Assembly (NCBI RefSeq): GCF_000025945.1
Contig: NC_006138.1
Location: forward strand, 2,370,001-2,402,000
Direction of reading: 5' to 3'
DNA from: Desulfotalea psychrophila LSv54
Lineage (GTDB): Bacteria; Desulfobacterota; Desulfobulbia; Desulfobulbales; Desulfocapsaceae
Length of the DNA: 32,000 bases
Within the stretch, counting starts at the first letter, position 1. Every line of letters begins with the position of its first letter. A model generated the notes under the pieces. It was not told where the DNA came from and searched no databases. It was given only the letters and a program-made list of their open reading frames with translations. Shown here piece by piece: positions 20,350 through 30,600 of the stretch. Made by a program: the position numbers and the translations under genes.

Positions 20350-20526
20350 CTAAAATGGGGAGGTCATAAACGGGTTGAAAGTCTTGTCGGCGGCTTGTTT
20401 ACGTAAAATCCTATGGAACTTTAGAGCCGTTTGTTTAAACGCACCCACTTTACTATCGTCAAATGTGACCTTGGTGTCACCATTTAAGCAGGGGCCGAAT
20501 TCCTGTGGTGGTTTATGTACCTTTGT
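20350..20526 (-). pseudogene. C-terminal gene fragment, unknown function
   Basis: Open frame without start: TKVHKPPQEFGPCLNGDTKVTFDDSKVGAFKQTALKFHRILRKQAADKTFNPFMTSPF*. Protein-like composition, next to the Tn3 end. Confidence 0.3.
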
Positions 20527-20859
20527 TTAAATTAATCCATTGATCAAAGAAGACTTAACATTGAAGGAAATCAAGGTTCCATTCTTTTGCCTATTGCAAC
20601 AACTATAAATTGCAGCGCTTGGGTCTGTTACGCTTTGTTAGGGAAAAATAAAGACTGGCCTGTATTTGCTTGTAATGCATTGGGCATAATAGCTGGTTCT
20701 GTCAGCACAATAACGGCAATTATTTGACCATTACCTGTGGTCAACGACTTGAACGACAGAATTTTAATTTGCGAACGAGGCTAAAAAGACTCAAGCGCAA
20801 AATAAGCGGCTTTGCCAAAAGTACTGGGCTGCAGGGGATTGCACATATCGAACGAGAAT

Positions 20860-22056
20860 TTATGGTGCCACCTTGATCGGATTTTTACGATATGAAGTAC
20901 TGGGGGCGCCATCAACCCAAATGCCTTCTAAGTAAGAGAGTTTTCTTGGTAGCTGTTTCACGGTCCCCTTAGTAATCAGGAAAGTTGCTTTCCGGCCAAC
21001 TGTAAGAGCCCCAAGATTCTCCATTCCGAAAAATTGAGCACCATTTTCCGTTGCGCTGCGGACAGTTTCCTCCAGTGAATAGTCAGCCTTCATAAATAAC
21101 TTCATTTCCTCTACCATCGACTCACCATGAAGTATACCAGCACTGCCCGCACCTGTTCCAATAAGCGTTGTCACCCCCAACTGTCTGGCTAAGCGCAGTT
21201 GGTTTAATTGCTCGGCGAGCATCTTTTTCCAAAATTTATCCGCTTCGAGAACTGGTTTTCCCGGAGTCAGGCAAGACTGGGCAAAACGACAACAGACGTT
21301 TCCACCAGCACTCGCACTATTTAAACCATTCTTGGCCCGCAGGACACTCGGAATCCACACGACACCCTCTGCAGCCATTTTTTTCAGATTTTCCTCCCCC
21401 ATACAATATCCCTGTTCAATAGCGTCACACCCTGCCGCAAGTGCATCTCCAACTTGTTGCACTCCATTGGCAACCACCACCACCTTCTCTTTTGTCTGGT
21501 GCATAATACGGCATAACTCTTCATTATCCAGCTGAGGATGGGCGGTCTCTTCCCCATCGATATTGCCGAAACGATTGATCTTGATAAAATCTTCTCCCGG
21601 ATTATCTGCTATATAATTTTCTCTACTTGGAGAGAACTGGCTGGATATTTTAATATCAACCATGTTCACCTCGGTCATTTCTTCTTGAGACCGATTCACT
21701 AAATCACTTATATTATCACTGTCGGCCACGCCCAACACTCCGTGGTCATAACAGTAGCCGACATGCTTCTCCAACATGGTTATTTTTTCAGCAAAACTTG
21801 CATTTTCTGATGAGATTTGCACCCTTCTATCTACAGAAGGCGATCGTGAAAGAGAAACACTACAGTCCACGAATGCTGGCACAATGATGCAGTGTGAAAA
21901 GTCATCGACTACACTGCTGTCATTGCCAGGCAGGTCCGATACGGGACCAATATCAGTGATCACGCCATCTTTCACACCAAGAAAGATATTCCTGCGCAAA
22001 GCAGCGCCGGTACCATCGACAAACTTTCCCACTATTACGAATCGTTTTACGCCCAT
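20860..22056 (-). CDS. amidohydrolase family protein
   Basis: GVKDGVITDIGPVSDLP, IIVPAFVDCSVSLSR, VVVANGVQQVGDALAAGCDAIEQGY, RSATENGAQFFGMENLGALTVGRKATFLI. Start refined to the ATG at 22056 (MGVKRFVIVG) preceded by AAGGAA. Confidence 0.82.
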   Translation of the reverse strand: MGVKRFVIVGKFVDGTGAALRRNIFLGVKDGVITDIGPVSDLPGNDSSVVDDFSHCIIVPAFVDCSVSLSRSPSVDRRVQISSENASFAEKITMLEKHVGYCYDHGVLGVADSDNISDLVNRSQEEMTEVNMVDIKISSQFSPSRENYIADNPGEDFIKINRFGNIDGEETAHPQLDNEELCRIMHQTKEKVVVVANGVQQVGDALAAGCDAIEQGYCMGEENLKKMAAEGVVWIPSVLRAKNGLNSASAGGNVCCRFAQSCLTPGKPVLEADKFWKKMLAEQLNQLRLARQLGVTTLIGTGAGSAGILHGESMVEEMKLFMKADYSLEETVRSATENGAQFFGMENLGALTVGRKATFLITKGTVKQLPRKLSYLEGIWVDGAPSTSYRKNPIKVAP

Positions 22057-22877
22057 GTTTTTTTCCTTATGTATTGAATCGTACGTGCACGTTTGAAACA
22101 AAAAACAACTATTTATATTTTATGTTAAGGACATCTACAAAAGAAGTCCTAATTATAAATCGCTGAAACAAATTTCTAGGTGCTGGGCAAAATACTCGAA
22201 AAAGGAGTCTTAAAAACTCTACAAAAAACATCTGCATCAGGAGCCACGTATGTCTTTATGTCGCTTGCAATCAAGGTTATGGGGGTGTTGCAGGCGCGGT
22301 TTAGATAAGGTCATAATAGTAAAATGTGGAAAAGCTCAGTCATATGGTAATGGGGATTATGCCAATAACTCAGGTCCATACGACAAAGTTAATTCGCTTT
22401 CATCAAGAGGGAAGTTTCCTATTACAATAGATTAGCATTACAATCGGTGAGTTGGTTCTGAGTCAACAGCATCTCCGTAAAGGTTTCTCAGGTTGACCCC
22501 TTAAGCTCTCCACTCTCCTGCGAAAGCCGTTAAGTCTTCTTTTATTCTTAGCTAGATACTACAGGGTAGCACCTCTGGAGAAAGTTGCTCCTTGGTATCT
22601 CTGCCACTGCGGCATACCTCCCTTCCATGGGAATAAAAACATAAAGAAAAAAAGGTAGTTGCCAGCAACTGGGCCCGTGGTGTACAAGTTTATTCTAGTT
22701 GTTAATGGTGTCGTTAGAAAGGGGCATTGTTTGATCAGGAAAGGGGCTCGGAGCTGAATCCTCCCCTGACTCCACTAGGGGGAGGAAGAAATAAGAATTA
22801 TTAAATATAATATTGAAATAAAATAGTAATGCTCAAAATTCTCAAAAATAATACTCCTTTTTTAGACAAGGAACAGT

Positions 22878-23975
22878 ATGCCCAATATATTCACCTTTGC
22901 AACCAGTGAGCTCTCCACCTCCGCCTTCTACGCCTGGCTTCTGGAAAATCTCAATCCCAAGCATACCTCTACCCCAGAGACCAAACAGGTTGCCCTGGAA
23001 TTCACCAACTACTGCCTGGGAAAAGCCACTATAGCCCCTCTTGCCGCAGTCGATATAAAAGATCTTCAGGTTACAACAGAGCAGCAACTCAACAAAACAT
23101 GCAGAATAGATATCTATGCAAAATTTACTAAAATCGACGACAGCTTAATACATCTCTTTATTGAAAATAAGGTGCAGGCAAACGAGACCAAAAAAGACCA
23201 GTTAATAGAGTACGACAAGGCAATAAAGGGAAAGGCTCTTACTGGAGATATTGCTGAAATTTATCTTAAATCAGGCTACGATTTTGCGGATCCCCTGCAC
23301 TGTAAAGACATCAAGGGAAAGGTTGTCTGTAAAGGCACTTTCAAAAAGATCAACTGGCAGGACTTGCAGATAATATTTTCTCCTCACCGTGGTGCAAGCA
23401 GTGATTTTATTCGAGACATGGCATCTTGCGTGGAGAATAAATATAACTTCATCAACAGTCAAAAAAGTGCCAGTTCCTTTGCAGACTTCGATTTAAACGA
23501 CCATGTGGGGCAGTCTTTCCTGCTCCAAACCATCTTTCACTCCTGCTTTTCTAGCAACGTTCCTCTCTATACCTCAACAGTAAACGGCCGGACCCGAACC
23601 CACTATAACAATAAATGTTATCTGCAGGTGGGTAATAGCAAGGGCAAACCCTGGACAAAATTTGTGCCCTTTTTAGGCCAAAACATCCTTAAATGCCGTC
23701 TTGAAGAATTAACTGGAGGCTATGTCCTTAGGCTGGGCATCCATATTCCCAAGGATGATCTGCCCACAAAACAGACATATATCAAAGCACAGTGCAATAA
23801 AATGCACGACAAAATTGATGCTACAGGGCTGGGTTTTGTTAAAAAGCTCACCCCCTCAGGCAACACCTCTGCCCTCTTTTTTGCCCAAATTAGTCTTAGC
23901 ACCAAGGGAAGCACATTAAGCATAGCAGATCTGCAAAAACTTGATGACGTGGTCCAAAACTATGTAGTTCCCTAA
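22878..23975 (+). CDS. PD-(D/E)XK nuclease superfamily protein
   Basis: CRIDIYAKF...LIHLFIENKVQANETKKDQLIEYDKAI has D...ExK spacing followed by the Q typical of the PD-(D/E)XK family; RBS AAGGA upstream of the ATG; 365 aa. Confidence 0.8.
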   Translation: MPNIFTFATSELSTSAFYAWLLENLNPKHTSTPETKQVALEFTNYCLGKATIAPLAAVDIKDLQVTTEQQLNKTCRIDIYAKFTKIDDSLIHLFIENKVQANETKKDQLIEYDKAIKGKALTGDIAEIYLKSGYDFADPLHCKDIKGKVVCKGTFKKINWQDLQIIFSPHRGASSDFIRDMASCVENKYNFINSQKSASSFADFDLNDHVGQSFLLQTIFHSCFSSNVPLYTSTVNGRTRTHYNNKCYLQVGNSKGKPWTKFVPFLGQNILKCRLEELTGGYVLRLGIHIPKDDLPTKQTYIKAQCNKMHDKIDATGLGFVKKLTPSGNTSALFFAQISLSTKGSTLSIADLQKLDDVVQNYVVP

Positions 23976-24371
23976 GCTTGGGGGGTACAGAAAAGATGCT
24001 CATAAAAAAAGACATCAGACATTACCAATGAGATGGTAACAGTAAAATTCAAAAACAACTCCTTCCAGTTTAAAATGAGAAGATCCTTTGCTAGAAAATA
24101 ACCCTGCAATATAGCAAGAATATGCCGATTATATCATAGCGGCAAAGGTCTAAAGAGCATTTTATCTCCTACTTGGTGCCGCAGGTAGCCCGCTAACTCT
24201 CGTGCTGAAAATTAGAATAGAAAACCCAACAACCGCCCAAGAGGGCATTGGTAACTGTTTCGTTCGAGTTCTTTGCAGCTGGGAGGAAGGGGGTGGCTTC
24301 TTTTAACAAATTTTTCCCTCGAATTGTGCGACTGTGAGCCTTGTTGATGATAGGGTATTATCTTGAATTGG

Positions 24372-25226
24372 TTACTGATATTTAGCAAAGAGGCTTTGCA
24401 TTGTCTCCTCCGATATCCTTCGCTTATAAAGCGGTGTGGTGGCATCATGGTATAAACGATGGGACTTTTCAAAAGGAGTTTTGTTCATGTTTTTATAGAT
24501 AATCCCAAGCGGATACGGATCGGTTTCCAGCGACTTGGCGAACGCCACAGCCTGATTGGACCAGTCATGGTCTTCTGCTAGCTCGGCTGTATTTTCTACA
24601 TACCATTTATAGGTATTTGTCTTGTTAAAGGTTACGCAGGCCTGAAAGATATCTACTATTGCCATGCCATCGTGAGCGATAGCCTCTTTAATGATTTCTT
24701 TACTGAGTTCTGGTTTATGCATTGAAGTGCGAGCAACAAAAGAGGCATCAAGGCTTATTGCCAGGGCGAGTGGATTAAGAGGTGTTGCAGCTACACCTGT
24801 TACCTGAGCAGGAGTCACCATGCCATACAGACTGGTGGGAGAGGCCTGCCCTTTGGTAAGACCATAAACCATATTGTCATGCACCAGAACAGTGATATTA
24901 GGGTTACGCCGGATAGCATGAATAAAATGATTACCACCCTCTCCATACATATCCCCATCGCCACTCTCAACAATCACATGAGTTTCGGGTTGAGCAGCCT
25001 TAATTCCTGTGGCTGCGGGCAGGGACCTACCATGCAATCCATTAAAATAACTTGCATTATAAAACTGAGGTGCCTTGGCCGCCTGACCTATGCCTGAAAC
25101 AAAAATCACCTCTTGGCGTTCCATCTCAATCTCTTTTAAGATCTCTAATATTATTTTTCGGATAGCAAAGTTGCCACAACCTGGGCACCAGGAAATATCA
25201 GGTTGTAGATCAAATAAGTCTTTCAT
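24372..25226 (-). CDS. 2-oxoacid:ferredoxin oxidoreductase, beta subunit
   Basis: ISWCPGCGNFAIRKI, GIGQAAKAPQF, GLHGRSLPAATGIK, VESGDGDMYGEGGNHFIHAIRRNPNITVLVHDNMVYGLTKGQASPTS. Confidence 0.93.
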   Translation of the reverse strand: MKDLFDLQPDISWCPGCGNFAIRKIILEILKEIEMERQEVIFVSGIGQAAKAPQFYNASYFNGLHGRSLPAATGIKAAQPETHVIVESGDGDMYGEGGNHFIHAIRRNPNITVLVHDNMVYGLTKGQASPTSLYGMVTPAQVTGVAATPLNPLALAISLDASFVARTSMHKPELSKEIIKEAIAHDGMAIVDIFQACVTFNKTNTYKWYVENTAELAEDHDWSNQAVAFAKSLETDPYPLGIIYKNMNKTPFEKSHRLYHDATTPLYKRRISEETMQSLFAKYQ

Positions 25227-26923
25227 ATCATCTCCTCCGTAATGCTCTGGACAAGTTCTTCAACTGAGAACGGCATGCCATTATATTTTAGTATGCGATG
25301 AGGAAAGAGCCTGCCCAGTTCTCTTTGCAGAAAATCTGCAAATTGGCCTAGCTGATTATTCTCCACCACCACCACCTTTTGCGCACCATCTATATACTCA
25401 GCAATTTTCTCAGAGAGCGGATAGAGTTGCGGGCAAAACAGAAAAGATACCTTGCCACTACCAATAATCTGAAGAGCCTCACAAATTGCCCCGTAGGTCG
25501 AGCCCCAACCAATGATCAAGGTTGCATAGTCAGGTTCACCCACCAGCTCTGGTAGCATGGCCGCTTTTGTAAGAGTTTCTAGCTTTTTCAGCCGATTATC
25601 TGCCATTGCCAGATGTATCCCATCAAGGTCTTCTGTGATTTTACCATCTTCATCATGCTCGTCTGAGTCTAAACAGACATTGCCAGAACCATATCCGGGT
25701 ATGCCGCGTGGTGAAACACCATCTTCGCTTAGTTGGTATCTCTTATAGCTATCATCGGTTTTAATCACTGCGGATTCAATCTGCACCTGCCCTGCATCCG
25801 GATGAGCAATAGGGTAATAACTATCCACAAAGAATTGATCCGTTAAGACAAAAACTGGTATTTGAAAACGATCTGCAAGGTTGAAGGCAAGTCGCGTATA
25901 CTCAAAGGCCTGTTCAAGGGTGCCGGGTGCGAGAATAAGTCTGGCAAATTCCCCATGTCCTGCATACAAGACCAGATTCAGGTCACCTTGCTCGGTTCTT
26001 GTTGGTAACCCTGTTGCAGGCCCTGGACGTTGCGCCAAATGCACCACAACGGGAGTTTCTGTCATGCCGGCAAGAGAAATTCCCTCGGTCATCAAGGCAA
26101 AACCACCACCTGAAGTAGAGACAATGGCACGACCACCTGCATACCAGGAGCCTATGGCCATATTAATCACCCCGATTTCATCTTCCACCTGTTCCACAAC
26201 AATGTCTGCCTGCTTGGAAAATTCGGCCAGTGTTAAAAAAACTGATGTACCCGGTGTCATTGGATAGGCAAATGCAGCATTACACCCTCCTGCCATAGCA
26301 CCAAGTGCCACTGCATCAGCACCATTGAGGAGTAGGTTCTCTTGCAATGATCTGTTTTTGGCGGGAGTTGGTCGCCCACTAGTCAATAGTCTTGAATGAG
26401 AGGCCATGCCAATCTTATACCCCTCTTCGGCAGCGTCTATATTGCCAGCAATAATCCCTTCTGATTTGAGGGAAAAAGTGTCTCTGATCTCTTTATACAA
26501 ATTAGCAGAATCGAAATCGAGCAGACCACAGAGAAAACCTAAGGCTACAGAATTGGTGTACAGTTGATTACCATGTTTTTTGGCTGTTGCTGCAAAATCG
26601 ATTTCAGTGTCACGACCGCCGATATGCTCACGGCTACCTACTATTGTGGTTGATTTGGTAACCCTGCTACCAAGATGTTCTATAACACCATTTTTCAGTG
26701 GAATGAGAAGATCTATCACATCCACATGGGCACGAACTGGCTCGGAAGAAATTCTTATTTCTGTGGTATTTATTCCTCCCCGTACCCGGGACATATATTC
26801 TTTAGTAGCAAAAACATACAAACCACTTTCTTTGACAATATGTAGCAGGGCCTTTTCTAGGAATTGAATTCCTTGACCCGCTTCGCCGCCCAAAACAAGG
26901 GTAAAACCTTTGACTCCACCCAT
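25223..26923 (-). CDS. 2-oxoacid:ferredoxin oxidoreductase, fused gamma-alpha subunit
   Basis: GGEAGQGIQFLEKAL...SRVRGGINTTEIRISS (gamma domain), then GADAVALGAMAGGCNAAFAYPMTPGTS...QVEDEIGVINMAIGSWYAGGRAIVSTSGGGFALMTEGISLAGMTETPVV (alpha domain). Overlaps the beta-subunit gene by 4 nt. Confidence 0.93.
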   Translation of the reverse strand: MGGVKGFTLVLGGEAGQGIQFLEKALLHIVKESGLYVFATKEYMSRVRGGINTTEIRISSEPVRAHVDVIDLLIPLKNGVIEHLGSRVTKSTTIVGSREHIGGRDTEIDFAATAKKHGNQLYTNSVALGFLCGLLDFDSANLYKEIRDTFSLKSEGIIAGNIDAAEEGYKIGMASHSRLLTSGRPTPAKNRSLQENLLLNGADAVALGAMAGGCNAAFAYPMTPGTSVFLTLAEFSKQADIVVEQVEDEIGVINMAIGSWYAGGRAIVSTSGGGFALMTEGISLAGMTETPVVVHLAQRPGPATGLPTRTEQGDLNLVLYAGHGEFARLILAPGTLEQAFEYTRLAFNLADRFQIPVFVLTDQFFVDSYYPIAHPDAGQVQIESAVIKTDDSYKRYQLSEDGVSPRGIPGYGSGNVCLDSDEHDEDGKITEDLDGIHLAMADNRLKKLETLTKAAMLPELVGEPDYATLIIGWGSTYGAICEALQIIGSGKVSFLFCPQLYPLSEKIAEYIDGAQKVVVVENNQLGQFADFLQRELGRLFPHRILKYNGMPFSVEELVQSITEEMI

Positions 26924-27651
26924 AGCATCTCCACAAACGAATCTATAAAAAGTTTCTTATATTTTAAAATAACAAACCTTACACTAATAGTTTGTTATTT
27001 CTATCCGTTTCAAAGTCTATCACCAATGAGATCAGGAATGCAAGAAGGAGCAAATCGTTGCTTCCGGCCACGCTTGTGGGAGAGTAATAAAGTGTCAGCT
27101 ACTTCAAGTAATAAGGGCAACACACTTGTCCGTAAAGACTTCTAGCGGTGTCAGTCCTTGCAAAATGCTTCTTGATGGCAAATTAAACATGTTTCCTTTG
27201 CAACCTCTCCTTCTGACAAAACGCTATCTTGATTTTTATCTTCCTGGATACGGTGATAAATGTTGGGACAACAGAACCTTTTCTTTAGGAAAATTTATCC
27301 GTAAGCGTAAGCTGATTGCCTCTGGCGACTAATTAAGAGTAAAATATCCTCTTGTCATTTGGGCAGCTGCTGACAATGAGGAATGGGCATGTCCCCCACC
27401 CTTTGCTATTCATGTTAGGATTTAGCTCTATCCTCATCGTCCTTAGTTTCTGTCATATCCTTAGTCCCACCTTGTCTTCACCTAAAAGGCACCTTAGCTG
27501 AGTGGAAAAATAATAAACAGAAATAAAAGATGCCAGATGAGAGATGGCCTGCTTTTTTTCTTGCGCCTATGGGCTTTAGATGCTTAGCTCTCGGAACATC
27601 TTGCAATCACACTCTATTTTTAGAAATACTGCCCATGGATATTGAGCAAAT

Positions 27652-30600
27652 ATGAAAAATTTATTATTGATCGAAGTATTGGCTGGCGGAGAAGTTGTTG
27701 AACATCCTCTGACAATATCGGCGTCCTTTGGCGCCCAGGCGGGGGCGATTTACTCTGTCCTCGACCAGGACCATCGCATCCCGGACAATCTCATCATAAA
27801 ACGAAGCGGCGATAATCTTGACATTGAAATCGATGAAGAGCCTGTTGCCCAAATTGAAGATTTCTACGGTCAGGAGCTTGGGGCTAGATACAGTGTCGAT
27901 GGATCCCTGGCCCCCGCTGAGGGGATGGCCATCACTGACACCACAACGGCTGGCCCAACGGATGAAATCGTCTGGCAGGCCTCCGAGGGGGCAGAGTCAA
28001 TCAGCCCGTGGGTTTGGGCCGGTGGCCTGTTGGGTGCCGGCGGTATCGCCGTCGCAGCAGGCGGAGGCAGTTCAGATAGTAGCAGCTCAGTAGATAAGGG
28101 TAGTGATAGCCACGACGTCACCGTCAGGGGTGTTGCCGGTCCATTTCTGGCCACTTCCCATGCGATCGTTGAAGTTTACGATGGCCAGGGCAATCTGCTC
28201 GGCGGTGGTAAATTTGAGACCAGCGGCCAGGTTAAACTCACCATTGGCGACTATAAGGGGGCAATTCTTGTCAAGGTAATCGACAACAATGAGGGTGCAG
28301 GGGATTACCTTGATGAGGCCAGCGGCCTTTCTCTCAGCCTCGGTGCGCCCCTGCGCGCCATGGGCTATTCCGATGGAAACGGTGATGTCTATATCAGCGT
28401 CACCCCTCTGACCGAGCTTGCCGCCCGCCAGGCCGGCATCACCGGCAATGAGGTCAACGAAGCCGATCTTGCCGCCAACGACCAGATCGCAGAACTCTTT
28501 GCCGTTGAAGATATCCTGGCCCCCGTTGTCACCGTTGTCGAAGACGGCTACGACAGCAGCGACGAGATCAATGAGACGGCAGAACACTATGGTGAGATCC
28601 TCGCCCAGCTGTCCGGTGCCGATAGTACCACCACCGGAATGGCCAAGACCCTTGACCAACTGGAAAACGCCATCACCGAGCTGGGGGATGGAAAATTAGC
28701 CTTAAGTCAAGAGGGGGTTGAGCTACTCGCTGACGGTGTTGATGCCTTTACAAACGGAGTTAATGGCAATCGGGCTGACCTCGGGAACAGCCTCATTCAA
28801 CCTCCCCTGATCGAGGCGGCCAATGACGGTATTAATGCTGCCGACAAGGATGCCGGCATCCTTGTAAAAATATCTGGGGTAAAAGCTGATGACGGGGTCA
28901 GCCTCCAATGGGGAGAGCAAACGCAAGACTTTATCATTGCAGGCATAGATATCGATGACGAGGGAATGGCCTCCATCACCCTGCCCGCCAGTATTGTTGA
29001 GGCCGCAGGTGATGGCTCAACTGTCGTTCGCTATCAGATCAACGCCGGTGATATGAGTCCGGCCGTTATAATTGAGGTCGACACCATGGCACCAGATGCA
29101 CCGACCTTAGCCGAACTCATTACAACCGATCTGGACGACACTCTCATGAATGCTGCTGAGTCGCTATCAACAGACTTCCAAGCAACACTACCAACAACAG
29201 GTTCACTTGCAGTGGCAGGTGACAGCATCGAGTTGCTTCTTGATGGCAGCTCATTTGCAACAGCAAAGACGGTGATACTTTCTGCTGATGACATCACTAA
29301 CGGCTCTGTGAATTTCACTGTTACTAACGCTGATCTCGGTAGCGACGGTGCCAAGGCATTGACTACACAGTTAACCGATATGGCTGGCAATGTGGGCATT
29401 ATCAGCAATGCGATGGACTTCACCCTTGATACCACCCTACCAGCTGCACCGACCTTAGCCGAACTCACTAGCACCGATTTGGGCGACACTCTCATGAATG
29501 CTGCTGAGTCTCTATCAACAGACTTCCAAGCAACACTACCAACAACAGGTTCACTTGCAGTGGCAGGTGACAGCATCGAGTTGCTTCTTGATGGCAGCTC
29601 ATTTGCAACAGCAAAGACGGTGATACTTTCTGCAGACGACATCACTAACGGCTCTGTGAATTTCACTGTTACTAACGCTGATCTCGGTAGCGACGGTGCC
29701 AAGGCATTGACTACACAGTTAACCGATATGGCTGGCAATGTGGGCATTATCAGCAATGCGATGGACTTCACCCTTGATACCACCCTACCAGCTGCACCGA
29801 CCTTAGCCGAACTCACTAGCACCGATTTGGGCGACACTCTCATGAATGCTGCTGAGTCTCTATCAACAGACTTCCAAGCAACACTACCAACAACAGGTTC
29901 ACTTGCAGTGGCAGGTGACAGCATCGAGTTGCTTCTTGATGGCAGCTCATTTGCAACAGCAAAGACGGTGATACTTTCTGCAGACGACATCACTAACGGC
30001 TCTGTGAATTTCACTGTTACTAACGCTGATCTCGGTAGCGACGGTGCCAAGGCATTGACTACACAGTTAACCGATATGGCTGGCAATGTGGGCATTATCA
30101 GCAATGCGATGGACTTCACCCTTGATACCACCCTACCAGCTGCACCGACCTTAGCCGAACTCACTAGCACCGATCTGGGCGACACTCTCATGAATGCTGC
30201 TGAGTCGCTATCAACAGACTTCCAAGCAACACTACCAACAACAGGTTCACTTGCAGTGGCAGGTGACAGCATCGAGTTGCTTCTTGATGGCAGCTCATTT
30301 GCAACAGCAAAGACGGTGATACTTTCTGCAGACGACATCACTAACGGCTCTGTGAATTTCACTGTTACTAACGCTGATCTCGGTAGCGACGGTGCCAAGG
30401 CATTGACTACACAGTTAACCGATATGGCTGGCAATGTGGGCATTATCAGCAATGCGATGGACTTCACCCTTGATACCACCCTACCAGCTGCACCGACCTT
30501 AGCCGAACTCACTAGCACCGATCTGGGCGACACTCTCATGAATGCTGCTGAGTCGCTATCAACAGACTTCCAAGCAACACTACCAACAACAGGTTCACTT

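Noticed and set aside
26864-27332. short plus-strand ORFs between the oxidoreductase operon and adhesin
   Set aside because: No RBS or family signature; likely non-coding intergenic sequence.
28087-28659. 190-aa minus-strand ORF
   Set aside because: Lies inside the adhesin gene, antisense, and is best explained by codon composition.
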